A DNA stretch of 64,000 nt from an uncultured Enterobacterales bacterium (lineage in GTDB: Bacteria; Myxococcota_A; UBA796; UBA2385). Positions 17,865-26,970 of the stretch are shown one piece after another. The notes beneath the pieces were generated by a model. It made no database searches, was not told the origin of the DNA, and saw only the letters and a program-made list of their open reading frames with translations. Each line of letters starts with the position of its first letter. Within the stretch, counting starts at the first letter, position 1. The DNA is taken from NCBI GenBank assembly GCA_964599085.1, contig CAZRFD010000011.1:18530-82529 (forward strand). The letters are read 5' to 3'. The position numbers were made by a program, and so were the translations under genes.

Positions 17865-19730
17865 GTGCTGGTACTCGCCCTCGTCCTGGCCTGCACACCC
17901 GGCGACGGGAGCCCGGGCGACTCGGGCGCCGTCGGCGGCGGGGCCGAAAAGCCCGCGCTCCTCCCCTTTCCGAGCGCCCACCTGCTCGACGACGCCGGCA
18001 ACCTCGACCTGCCCGAAACCATGCCCATGGTCGAGGGCGGGACCCCCTTCCCGGCGGCCCGCCTGCGCGGCTTCTCGGGCTTCAGCCCGGTGCAGACCAC
18101 CGTCATCGACCCCGAGGTCCGGCTGGATCCCACCAGCCTGCCCTCCCCCGATCAGCTCGACGACGAGGGCAGCGTGCAGCTCTGGGACCTGAGCAGCGGC
18201 GCGCGCTGGCCGGCCTTCGCCGAGCTGGACGCCTTCTGCGACGCGCCGGAGGGGGAGGGGGACGAAGCCTGCGACGACGAAGTGCCCACGCTGCTCGTCC
18301 GCCCGCTGATGCCCATGACCGGGGGGCACCGCTACGCCGTCGCGCTCACGGCTGCGGTGCGCCAGGATGACGGCAGCGCTTTTGGCGGGCCGGCCTGGTA
18401 CCGGGACCTGATGGCGGGGCGCCCCGGGGATGGGCTGGATGCCTGGGTCGACCACTATGTCGAGCTGGCAGCCGTGCTGGAGGACCTCGGCGTGCAGGAC
18501 CTCGTCTTCGCCGTGGACTTCCCGGTGGACTGCGGCGGCCGGAGCCTGTTGGACCACGTCGTCGACGCCGTCTCGGTCCCGCAGAGCTACCGCATCGACA
18601 GCGTCCAGGACAGCGACGCCGGCGACACCCTCCCGCCGGGGACCTGGAAGCAGGCCCAGGGCAGCTTCGTCGTCGACAGCTTTCTCGTCGACGATGTGGC
18701 CTTCTCCCTCGATGCTGGCCTGCCCGTGGCCGCCGGCACCGCGGACGCCGAGCTGTTCGTCCACATCCCCGACAGCGTGCGCGACGCGGCGCCCGGCACC
18801 GTGCCCGTCTGGATCTTCGGCCACGGCATCTTCAGCCGCCCCTCGGACTACCTCGCCGACCCGGACGACAGCTCCGCCGTCGTGGCCCTCGCCGACCAGG
18901 CCGGGGCCATCCTCGTCGCCACGACCTGGCGGGGGCTCACCTATACCGACCTGCCGACCGCCATCGCCGTCGGCAGCGACTTCGGTCGCATCCCCGAGCT
19001 CACCGACAAGCTCGCCCAGGCGGTCGCCAACAACGTCGCCCTGCACCGCCTGCTGGCCGAGGGGGACCTTCTCGACGATCCGCTGTTCGAGGGGCTGCCC
19101 GACGGTGTCAGCTTCCGGTACTACGGCATCTCGCTGGGTGGCATCGAGGGTGCCTCGCTGATGGCCGTGGACCGCGAGCTGCCCCACGCCGTCCTCCACG
19201 TCGGCGGCAGCTCCTGGTCGACCATGCTGGAGCGCTCCAGCAACTGGCCGCAGTTCGAGACCCTCGTCCGCTACGGCGTGGCCAGCCCCCGCCACCGGCA
19301 GCTCCTCTACGCCGCCAGCCAGCTCTTCTGGGACGAAGCAGACCCCGCCTGCGTCGTCGACGACCTCGCCGACCGCAGCGTGCTCTGGCAGGAGAGCATC
19401 GGCGATGAACAGGTCCCCAACATCACCACCGAGCTGCTGGTGCGCGGTGTGGGGGCCACCCTGCTGCAGCCCGCAGTGACCGACCCGCAGGGCGTCGCCA
19501 GCGCGTCCGGTCCGCTCACGGGACCCGCACTCGCGCAGTTCGACCCGCAGCTCGGCGTCCCGGACATGGTCAACCGCCCGGCCGATGTCAGCGGCGCCCA
19601 CGGCACGCCCCGCACCTGGGCGACCACCATGACGCAGACCGCGCGCTTCCTGGATCGCGACGACCCGGGCGTGGTCGAGCACCCGTGCGGCGATGAACCC
19701 TGCACCGCCGACAACGCGGAGGGCCGCTGA
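17865..19730 (+). CDS. secreted alpha/beta-hydrolase lipoprotein (lipase/esterase-like)
   Basis: GTG start after GGAG. Signal MLVLALVLACTPG. Nucleophile elbow YYGISLGG (GxSxG), and IFGHGIF upstream. Confidence 0.7.
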   Translation: MLVLALVLACTPGDGSPGDSGAVGGGAEKPALLPFPSAHLLDDAGNLDLPETMPMVEGGTPFPAARLRGFSGFSPVQTTVIDPEVRLDPTSLPSPDQLDDEGSVQLWDLSSGARWPAFAELDAFCDAPEGEGDEACDDEVPTLLVRPLMPMTGGHRYAVALTAAVRQDDGSAFGGPAWYRDLMAGRPGDGLDAWVDHYVELAAVLEDLGVQDLVFAVDFPVDCGGRSLLDHVVDAVSVPQSYRIDSVQDSDAGDTLPPGTWKQAQGSFVVDSFLVDDVAFSLDAGLPVAAGTADAELFVHIPDSVRDAAPGTVPVWIFGHGIFSRPSDYLADPDDSSAVVALADQAGAILVATTWRGLTYTDLPTAIAVGSDFGRIPELTDKLAQAVANNVALHRLLAEGDLLDDPLFEGLPDGVSFRYYGISLGGIEGASLMAVDRELPHAVLHVGGSSWSTMLERSSNWPQFETLVRYGVASPRHRQLLYAASQLFWDEADPACVVDDLADRSVLWQESIGDEQVPNITTELLVRGVGATLLQPAVTDPQGVASASGPLTGPALAQFDPQLGVPDMVNRPADVSGAHGTPRTWATTMTQTARFLDRDDPGVVEHPCGDEPCTADNAEGR

Positions 19731-19732
19731 CC

Positions 19733-20623
19733 ATGCTGCGCCGCCTCGACCCGGCCCTGTACCACCGCGACCCGGTCGAGTCCGACTGCGACCTACGCAT
19801 GCGCTACCTGGGCACCGCAGGCTTCGAGCTGCGTTCCGGCCAGCACACGGTGGTCGTCGACCCCTTCGTGTCCCGGCCCGGTGTGCTCCGGACCCTGTTT
19901 GGTCGCCTGCGCCCCGACGAAGCCCGGATCCGCCGGGTGCTGCCCCACGCCGACGACGTGCTCGTCGGCCACACGCACTTCGACCACGTCCTCGACGCGC
20001 CGGCGCTGTGCCGCCACACGGGGGCCCGCCTCATCGGCAGCCCCGCCCTCGCCCACGTCGCCCGCGCCGCCGGCCTGCCGGACGAGCAGGTGCGTGTGAC
20101 CCTGGGCCAGGAGGACATCGCCTCGGGTCCCGGCTTCGTCCGGGGCCTGCCCAGCCGCCACGGCCGGGTCTACTTCAACCGGGTGACGCTGGCCGGCGAC
20201 ATCACCGCGCCGCCCTCGTGGCCGCCGCGCGTCTCCGAGCTGCGCCACGGCCAGGTGCTCAACTGGTACGTCGAGCTTGGGGGCGTGCGCATGGCCCACG
20301 TCGACTCCGCGGACTTCCTCCGCGACGAGCTGCTGGCGCTGGACGAGGCCCACCAGGTGCGCAGCCGGGGCATCGACATCCTGTGCCTGTGCGCCATCGG
20401 CCGCCGCTACCGCCCCCGCTACGTCGTCGAAGCCATGGAGCTGTTCAACCCGCGGGTCATCGTCGCCTGCCACTGGGACCTGTTCACGACCCCCTACGAG
20501 GTCGAGCCCGCGCTGCTGCCCGGTGTCGATCTGCCGGGCTTCGTCGACGAGATCCGCCAGGCCGGCGCCCGCCCCATCGTCCTACCCATCGACGGCGAGG
20601 TCGGGGTGCACGCCCGCGTCTGA
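19733..20623 (+). CDS. MBL-fold metallo-hydrolase
   Basis: 296 aa. The HxHxDH motif appears as VLVGHTHFDHVLD. It starts 3 nt after the upstream stop. Confidence 0.75.
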   Translation: MLRRLDPALYHRDPVESDCDLRMRYLGTAGFELRSGQHTVVVDPFVSRPGVLRTLFGRLRPDEARIRRVLPHADDVLVGHTHFDHVLDAPALCRHTGARLIGSPALAHVARAAGLPDEQVRVTLGQEDIASGPGFVRGLPSRHGRVYFNRVTLAGDITAPPSWPPRVSELRHGQVLNWYVELGGVRMAHVDSADFLRDELLALDEAHQVRSRGIDILCLCAIGRRYRPRYVVEAMELFNPRVIVACHWDLFTTPYEVEPALLPGVDLPGFVDEIRQAGARPIVLPIDGEVGVHARV

Positions 20624-20698
20624 GGGGTGGCTGCATCTGGTAGCCTCGCCCCGCTGCCGGGCTCCGCCTTGCCCTCGCCCGGCCAAGGGGATTGCTGC

Positions 20699-21367
20699 AT
20701 GCCTGCACTCCGTCTGCTGCGGCCCGTCGCGGCGGCCTCCCTCGCCCTCGCCCTGGCCTGTGGGGGCTCCCTGGTCCCCCTCGGCGGCGCCGACGTCGGC
20801 GCCTACGCGTCGTCACTGGCCACCTACGCCGAGTCCGAGAACCCGGGGGTCGACTGCCCGGCGGCCGGCGTGGGCGACGCCGTGCGGGTCGGCGACTTCA
20901 GCTTCCGGGTCGACCGCGTCGAGCTGGCCACGCCAGAGACGAAGCTGCCCTACATCAAGAACATCGACGAACGCCGGGCCTTCGGCAAGGACGGCGTCCA
21001 GGCGTTGGTCGTGCACTACAGCATCCGCAACGAGTCGCCAGTCCAGGCCGTACCCGACGTGGTCTTCAGCGTGCACGGCACCGACGGCCGGCAGTCCACG
21101 ACGGGCCCCTACAACCGCGAGCTGGTCATGAAGGCCGCCGGCATGGCCGCCCCGACCGCCTGGCCTCCCGGCCAGTGGGTCGAGAACGTCAAGGTCTTCG
21201 ACATGACCCCGGCCGCCGCCGACGGGGCCGCGGCCTGGATCAAGCGGCGCGTCAAGCAGGTCGACCCGACCGACCCCAAGGGCCGCCGCAAGATCAGCGT
21301 CATCGTCGACCAGGCCGTCGTCGACCTCGGCACACCCGTCGCGGGGCCGGCGATCACCGGGGGCTGA
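20699..21367 (+). CDS. hypothetical lipoprotein (DUF4352-like beta-sandwich suspected)
   Basis: Internal ATG at 20699 gives MPALRLLRPVAAASLALALACGG. VGDFSFRVDRVELA...ALVVHYSIRNES resembles DUF4352 proteins. Confidence 0.5.
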   Translation: MPALRLLRPVAAASLALALACGGSLVPLGGADVGAYASSLATYAESENPGVDCPAAGVGDAVRVGDFSFRVDRVELATPETKLPYIKNIDERRAFGKDGVQALVVHYSIRNESPVQAVPDVVFSVHGTDGRQSTTGPYNRELVMKAAGMAAPTAWPPGQWVENVKVFDMTPAAADGAAAWIKRRVKQVDPTDPKGRRKISVIVDQAVVDLGTPVAGPAITGG

Positions 21368-21431
21368 GCGTCGCGACGCTGCGGCGGGTCGCTCGGACGC
21401 CGCTCAGCTCCCGCCGCTCAGCACCTGCCCC

Positions 21432-22895
21432 TCAGCTCCCGCCGCTGCGGCCGTCGACGGTCTCGACCTTCATCAGCGTGTTCCCACCGCGGATGGGGGC
21501 ATCCCCGGCGACCACAACCACCTGCTCGCCTTGCGCCATCAGGCCGCGATCCAGCAGCGCGCGTTCCGCTGCGGCGATCAGCTCGTCGAAGGTGTGCAGC
21601 TTCTGGATGGTCAGGGGCAGCACACCCCACACCATCGACAGGCGGTCACAGACCCGGGGGTCGGGGGTGAAGGCGAAGATGGGCTGGGGCGGCCGGCTCT
21701 TGGACGCCATGATCGCGGTCTTGCCGCTCCAGGTGAACACCATCAGCGGCCGCGGCTGGTCGCGGACCGCGTAGCAGGCGGCCCGGGTCACCGTCCCGCG
21801 GCCGCCTTCACCCTGGGCTTGCTGATCGAGGTCCGGCACCGGCATGAAGCTGGTGCCCTCCACCGACCGCGCGATGCGGTCCATCACCTCGACCGCGCGC
21901 AGGGGGTAGCGCCCGGTGGCCGTCTCTCCCGACAGCATGACGGCGTCGGTGCCGTCGACGATGGCGTTGGCGACGTCGGTCACCTCGGCCCGGGTGGGGC
22001 GCGGGTTGCGCTCCATGCTGTCGAGCATCTGCGTCGCCGTGATCACGAGGCGGTGGGCCCGGTTCGCGGCGGCGATCAGCTCCTTCTGGACGACGGGGAC
22101 CTTCTCCAGGGGCGTCTCCACGCCGAGGTCGCCCCGTGCCACCATGATGCCGTCGGCGTGCGCCAGGATCCCGTCGATGGCGTCGACGGCGTGGGGCTTC
22201 TCGATCTTGGCGATGATCGGTGTGTCGGCGGCCCCGAGGGAGGTCAGCAGGTCGCGGAGCTGGACGACGTCGGCGGCGCTGCGGACGAAGCTGATGGCCA
22301 CGTAGTCGGCGCCCGCTTCGACCCCCACGGCGAGGTCGGCGCGGTCCTTGGCCGTGAGCGCCGGGGCGCGCACGTCGGTGTCGGGGAGGTTGATCCCCTT
22401 GCGCGCGCCCAGCTCTCCGCCGTCGATGATGCGGATGTCCACCTCGTCGGGCTCGCCCTCGGGCATGTCGCGGACCGCGGCCACCTGGCCGGACAGCGCG
22501 CCGTCGGCGAACAGGACCCGCTCTCCGACCCGCACATCCGACGCCAGGGAGGGCCAGGTCGTCCCCACCGTGGCGCCCCCCTCGTGCGTGATGGCTTGCT
22601 GGTCCTGGTCCATGACCACGGTCAGCGTGTCGCCGCGCCGCAGGCGGACGGACTCACCGCCGCCCGTGCGGATCTTGGGCCCCTGCAGGTCGAGGAGGAT
22701 TGCGACCGGACGGCCGAGCTGGGCGCTCGCGCGCCGGATGCGCGCCACGTCGGAGCGGATCGAGTCGGCCGTGGCGTGGGAGCAGTTGACCCGGCACACG
22801 TCGACACCGGCGCGGAGCAGCTCGGTGAGCATGGCCGGTTCACGGCTGGCGGGGCCGATGGTGGCGACGATGCGGGTCTTGCGGAGGTGGGGCAC
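21432..22895 (-). CDS. pyk: pyruvate kinase
   Basis: The GTG at 22895 gives VPHLRKTRIVATIGPAS...VCRVNCSHA...LLDLQGPKIRTG...MVARGDLGVE..., 487 aa. The upstream 134-aa extension of ORF 21432..23297 is Arg-rich and rejected. Confidence 0.9.
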   Translation of the reverse strand: MPHLRKTRIVATIGPASREPAMLTELLRAGVDVCRVNCSHATADSIRSDVARIRRASAQLGRPVAILLDLQGPKIRTGGGESVRLRRGDTLTVVMDQDQQAITHEGGATVGTTWPSLASDVRVGERVLFADGALSGQVAAVRDMPEGEPDEVDIRIIDGGELGARKGINLPDTDVRAPALTAKDRADLAVGVEAGADYVAISFVRSAADVVQLRDLLTSLGAADTPIIAKIEKPHAVDAIDGILAHADGIMVARGDLGVETPLEKVPVVQKELIAAANRAHRLVITATQMLDSMERNPRPTRAEVTDVANAIVDGTDAVMLSGETATGRYPLRAVEVMDRIARSVEGTSFMPVPDLDQQAQGEGGRGTVTRAACYAVRDQPRPLMVFTWSGKTAIMASKSRPPQPIFAFTPDPRVCDRLSMVWGVLPLTIQKLHTFDELIAAAERALLDRGLMAQGEQVVVVAGDAPIRGGNTLMKVETVDGRSGGS

Positions 22896-23152
22896 CGATT
22901 GAGTCCTGGGTGTCTGGCGGACACGTGGCCTGCGCTGCAGGGGTGTGCGTGGCGCCCGCTTACCTCCTCTCGGGTGGCGGCGCGACGCCCTCCACCCCCT
23001 TCTCGCCGGCCTGCTCGGGCGCTCGCGACGTTCCACGGCCGCCGCGCGCGCCGCGGGCGGCGGCGCGGCATCCGTGATGGCGCGAATTGCGGAGATCGCG
23101 TCACCAACTGTCTTGTCGACGACAACCGGCAGCCTCGGAGCAGCCAGAGGGT

Positions 23153-23181
23153 TTGACACGTCAATGGAAATGGGGAACACT
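23153..23181 (+). promoter_or_regulatory. sigma70-like promoter candidate for the small HTH gene
   Basis: TTGACA (23153-23158), a 17-nt spacer, then AACACT (23176-23181). Perfect -35, weak -10. Confidence 0.3.
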
Positions 23182-23247
23182 GGATCGTGGAACGCGATCC
23201 GGGTCTGCCCCGCAGCCCCCGGCGCACACCTCAGGAAGGGAGACACC

Positions 23248-23496
23248 ATGGCGACGACCCCGGCGAAGACACGCCAGCGCGTTGCGCGCAACTTCATTCG
23301 GACCTACGGGCGGACACGCTTCCGCCGGCTGCTCGACGCGCTGGCAGCCGGAGAGAGCGGGCAGGCCATCGCCGACGAATTCGGCGTGTCCCGAGAACGG
23401 GTCCGGCAGTGGAAGAACACCTTTGGCGAGGTGATCACCCACTACCGCGTCTACCCGGAGATCTCGCGCATCCTCCAGGAACGCCGCACCGCTTGA
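23248..23496 (+). CDS. small HTH protein (sigma-70 region-4-like helix-turn-helix)
   Basis: 82 aa. The ATG at 23248 is preceded by GGAAGGGAGA. SGQAIADEFGVSRERVRQWKN resembles region 4.2-type HTH. Confidence 0.6.
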   Translation: MATTPAKTRQRVARNFIRTYGRTRFRRLLDALAAGESGQAIADEFGVSRERVRQWKNTFGEVITHYRVYPEISRILQERRTA

Positions 23497-23540
23497 GCGA
23501 CGGTGGTCGGGCCTGCGGCCACGACGTCGCAGGTCGTGCC

Positions 23541-23569
23541 TTGCATGAACATGCAGGTGATTGTATAGG
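23541..23569 (+). promoter_or_regulatory. argR promoter candidate with an overlapping ARG-box-like palindrome
   Basis: TTGCAT (23541-23546), a 17-nt spacer, then TATAGG (23564-23569). The palindrome TGCATGAACATGCA (23542-23555) fits the TGnAT-N4-ATnCA core of the E. coli ARG box. Confidence 0.4.
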
Positions 23570-23624
23570 CCGCCGCTGCCGGGCCCCGCGCGCTGCGAGG
23601 GCCTGACCGCGAGCAAGCCTCCCC

Positions 23625-24086
23625 GTGACCACCGATCGCCGCAACCGCCGCGCCGCCATCCGCCGGCTCCTCCAGCGCCACTCCGTGGCGTCCCAGGACG
23701 AGCTGGCGCGGCTGCTGCTCGACGAGGGGATCCGCTGCACCCAGGCCACCCTGTCGCGCGACCTCCGCGACATGGGCGTCGTGCGGAGTCGCGGCCCCGA
23801 CGGCCCCCGCTACGAGCTCGACCAGCGCTCCCGCTACCTCCGGGCGCTGCGCGAGGTCATCGGGATGGAGATCCTCGAGGTGCGCCACAACGGCCAGCTC
23901 GTCGTGCTCAAGACCCTGACCGGTCGCGCGGAGGGCGTGGCCGGCTTCCTCGACGCCCTCGGCAACCCGCTCATCATGGGCACGGTGGCCGGGGACGACA
24001 CCGTGTTCATCGCGCCCTCGGACCCCGGACGCTGCGAGGATCTCGCCGCCTTCGTGCAGGGGCTCGTCGACGGTGGGGCTGCCTGA
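23625..24086 (+). CDS. argR: arginine repressor
   Basis: 153 aa, GTG start. SQDELARLLLDEGIRCTQATLSRDLRDMG (winged HTH), and C-terminal GTVAGDDTVFI (the GTIAGDDT oligomerisation/arginine site). Confidence 0.9.
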   Translation: MTTDRRNRRAAIRRLLQRHSVASQDELARLLLDEGIRCTQATLSRDLRDMGVVRSRGPDGPRYELDQRSRYLRALREVIGMEILEVRHNGQLVVLKTLTGRAEGVAGFLDALGNPLIMGTVAGDDTVFIAPSDPGRCEDLAAFVQGLVDGGAA

Positions 24087-24176
24087 CGCGCCGCCTCCTG
24101 ACGCCACCTGCTGACGCCACCTCCTGACGCCACCTCCTGACGCCACCTCCTGACGCCGCCGCCTGACGCCGCATTC
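24084..24176 (+). repeat. tandem array of 7 copies of a 13-bp unit TGACGCCACCTCC (first unit 15 bp) filling the argR-argG spacer
   Basis: TGA starts at 24084, 24099, 24112, 24125, 24138, 24151 and 24164. The three central copies are identical and the outer ones are degenerate. The first TGA is the argR stop codon. Confidence 0.9.
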
Positions 24177-24186
24177 AGAGGATTCC

Positions 24187-25494
24187 ATGTCCAGCAAGAC
24201 CTACAAGAAGATCGTGTGCGCCTACTCCGGCGGGCTCGACACCAGCGTCATGGTGCCCTGGCTCAAGGAGCACTACGGCGCCGAGATCGTGACCTACACC
24301 GGCGACCTCGGCCAGGGCGAGGACCTCTCGGGGATCCGCCAGAAGGCGCTGAACACGGGTGCCGTCGACGCCGTCGTCGACGACCTGCGGGAGCGCTTCG
24401 TCGCCGAGTTCATCTGGCCGGCGGTCAAGGCCGGCGCGGTCTACGAGGGCCAGTACCCGCTGCACACAGCCCTCGGCCGCCCGCTGCTGGCCCAGAGGCT
24501 GGTCGAGGTGGCGCTGGAGCACGGCGCCGACGCCATCGCGCATGGCTGCACGGGCAAGGGCAACGACCAGGTCCGCTTCGAGGTCACCAGCAAGTCGCTG
24601 GCGCCGCAGCTCGGCATCGTGGCCCCGCTGCGGGAGTGGGAGCTGTTCACCCGGGAGGCCGAGGTCGACTACGCCATCGAGCGAGGGATCCCCATCCCCA
24701 TCACCAAGGCCAAGCCCTACAGCATCGACCACAACCTGTGGGGATGCGCCATCGAGTGCGGCGAGATGGAGGATCTCTGGACGGAGCCGCCGGCGGATGC
24801 CTGGATCATGACGAAGGACCCCAGCCACGCGCCCAAGGGCAGCGTGGGCCTGGTGATCTCCTTTGAGCAGGGGGTGCCGGTGGCCATCGACGGCCGGGCC
24901 ATGGGTGGCGTCGAGCTGATCACCTACCTCAACGACCTGGCCGGCACCTTCGGCGTCGGCCGCATCGACATGGTCGAGAACCGGGTGGTAGGGCTGAAGT
25001 CCCGCGAGGTCTACGAAGCGCCGGGTGCGACGCTGATCCACATGGCCCACACCGAGCTGGAGCGGATCACGCTGGACCGGACGACCTTCAACTACAAGCG
25101 CAAGGTCAGCCAGGACTTCGCCAACATCATCTACGACGGCGTGTGGTTCGGTCCGCTGCGGGACGCCCTGCAGGCATTCATCGACCACACCCAGCGCCCC
25201 GTCACCGGCGACGTCCGCATCCGGGTGAGCGCCGGTCTGGCCCGCATCACCGGTCGCCGCAGCCCCTACAGCCTCTACGACGAGGGGCTCGCCACCTACA
25301 GCCACGGCGACACCTTCGATCGCGCGGCAGCCAAGGGCTTCATCGACCTCTACGCGCTGTCGTACCAGACGGTGGCCAAGGTCCGCCGCAACACGGAAGC
25401 CGCCATCCCCGAGCTGCAGCACATCGGGGAAGAGGGCGATGTCGCCGGTGACCCGTCGAGCACGGCCGGGACGAACACCGCGAAGGGGGCCTGA
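24187..25494 (+). CDS. argG: argininosuccinate synthase
   Basis: 435 aa. AYSGGLDTS P-loop, GCTGKGNDQVRFE, and a GAGGA SD upstream. Confidence 0.95.
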   Translation: MSSKTYKKIVCAYSGGLDTSVMVPWLKEHYGAEIVTYTGDLGQGEDLSGIRQKALNTGAVDAVVDDLRERFVAEFIWPAVKAGAVYEGQYPLHTALGRPLLAQRLVEVALEHGADAIAHGCTGKGNDQVRFEVTSKSLAPQLGIVAPLREWELFTREAEVDYAIERGIPIPITKAKPYSIDHNLWGCAIECGEMEDLWTEPPADAWIMTKDPSHAPKGSVGLVISFEQGVPVAIDGRAMGGVELITYLNDLAGTFGVGRIDMVENRVVGLKSREVYEAPGATLIHMAHTELERITLDRTTFNYKRKVSQDFANIIYDGVWFGPLRDALQAFIDHTQRPVTGDVRIRVSAGLARITGRRSPYSLYDEGLATYSHGDTFDRAAAKGFIDLYALSYQTVAKVRRNTEAAIPELQHIGEEGDVAGDPSSTAGTNTAKGA

Positions 25495-26874
25495 GTGGCC
25501 CTCTGGGACGGGCGGTTCAGCGGGGGCCCCGCCGAGGAGATGCTCCGCTTCGGCGAGAGCCTCGGCACCGACCTGCAGATGTGGCGCGAGGACATCGAGG
25601 GCAGCCGGGCCCACAGCACGATGCTGGGCTCGGTCGGGCTGCTCAGCGACGCCGAGGTGGCCGAGATCCACCGCGGCCTCGACCTGGTGGCCGAGGAGCT
25701 GGCGCAGTCCGAGCAGGGGCGCGGCGGCTGGCGGCCCGGCATCGAGCTGGAAGACGTCCACATGGCCGTCGAGAGCCGGCTGCACCATCACATCGGCGAC
25801 GTCGCCGGCAAGCTGCACACGGCGCGCAGCCGCAACGACCAGGTCGCCACCGACGTGCGGCTCTGGCTGCGGGGGCGCCTCGATCTCCTCGACTGCGAGC
25901 TGGCGGCGCTGATCGGCGTGCTGCTCGACCGCGTCGAGGCCGACGGAAGGACCCTCGTGCCGGGCTGCACCCACCTGCAGCGCGGTCAGCCCATCTGGCT
26001 GGGACACCAGCTCCTCGCGCACGCCTGGGCGCTGTCGCGGGACCGGGAGCGCATCGCCGACTGCCGCAAGCGGGTCAACCTCAGCCCGCTGGGGGCCGCG
26101 GCCATGGCCGGCACCCCCCACCCCATCGACCGGCTGCACAGCGCGGGCCTCCTGGGCTTCGCGGGCGTCGTCGACAACGCCATGGACGCCGTCGCCGCCC
26201 GCGATCACCTCGTCGAGGCCGCCAGCACCTGCGCCATCGCCATGGCCCACCTCTCCCGTATGGCCGAGGAGCTGGTACTGTGGAGCACGCCGGAGTTCCG
26301 GCGCGTCCGCCTGTCGGATGCCTGGAGCACGGGCAGCTCGATCATGCCGCAGAAGCGCAACCCCGACGCCGCCGAGCTGGTGCGCGGCAAGGCGGGGCGG
26401 GTGTTCGGGGCGGTCCAGGCCCTGCTCACCCTCGTCAAGGCCCTGCCCCTGGCCTACAACCGCGACCTGCAGGAGGACCGGCCGCCGCTGTTCGACGCCG
26501 TCGGCACGACCCGCGCCTGCGTCCGCGTGATGACCGGCTGCTGGGCCGAGCTGGAGATCCTGCCGGGACCCGAGCTGACGGGCGACTTCCTGCTGACGAC
26601 CGAGCTGGCCGACTACCTCGCCAGCAAGGGCGTGCCCTTCCGCCAGGCGCACCACGTCGCCGGCGGGCTGGTGAAGCGCTGCGAGGAGCGCGGCCGGGAT
26701 CTCTCCTCGCTCACCTTCGACGAGCTGCAGGAAGCCCACCCCATGTTCTCGGACGATGCGCTGGCCTGGCTGGATCCCGTGGCTGCCGCCGAGCGCCGGA
26801 CCAGCCGCGGGGGCACGGCGTGGAGCGAGGTGCTGCGCCAGGTGGCGCTGCTCCGGGGGCGTCTGGAGGGGTGA
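25495..26874 (+). CDS. argH: argininosuccinate lyase
   Basis: 459 aa, with a GTG start immediately after the argG stop. LWDGRFSG, TARSRNDQV, GSSIMPQKRNPD signature. Confidence 0.95.
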   Translation: MALWDGRFSGGPAEEMLRFGESLGTDLQMWREDIEGSRAHSTMLGSVGLLSDAEVAEIHRGLDLVAEELAQSEQGRGGWRPGIELEDVHMAVESRLHHHIGDVAGKLHTARSRNDQVATDVRLWLRGRLDLLDCELAALIGVLLDRVEADGRTLVPGCTHLQRGQPIWLGHQLLAHAWALSRDRERIADCRKRVNLSPLGAAAMAGTPHPIDRLHSAGLLGFAGVVDNAMDAVAARDHLVEAASTCAIAMAHLSRMAEELVLWSTPEFRRVRLSDAWSTGSSIMPQKRNPDAAELVRGKAGRVFGAVQALLTLVKALPLAYNRDLQEDRPPLFDAVGTTRACVRVMTGCWAELEILPGPELTGDFLLTTELADYLASKGVPFRQAHHVAGGLVKRCEERGRDLSSLTFDELQEAHPMFSDDALAWLDPVAAAERRTSRGGTAWSEVLRQVALLRGRLEG

Positions 26875-26970
26875 GCCGCATCGACTGTGGCACGGAATTC
26901 ACCGTCACGGGCTTGAGTCCTGCGACGGTTGCAGCGCACACTTGGGGGCGGCGCCCGCAGGAGGTCCTCG

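Noticed and set aside
21367-21380. 14-nt perfect palindrome AGCGTCGCGACGCT after the lipoprotein stop, considered as a terminator
   Set aside because: The stem is very short (5 bp plus a 4-nt loop) and there is no U-tract. It is too weak to call. It may still contribute to termination between the convergent genes.
24084-24176. 13-bp tandem array considered as a CRISPR array
   Set aside because: The units are directly abutting with no spacers, they are far shorter than CRISPR repeats, and no cas genes are present.
24175-26739. 854-aa minus-strand ORF
   Set aside because: It is antisense to the unambiguous argG and argH genes, and its composition is low-complexity Gly/Ala/Val/Asp/His.
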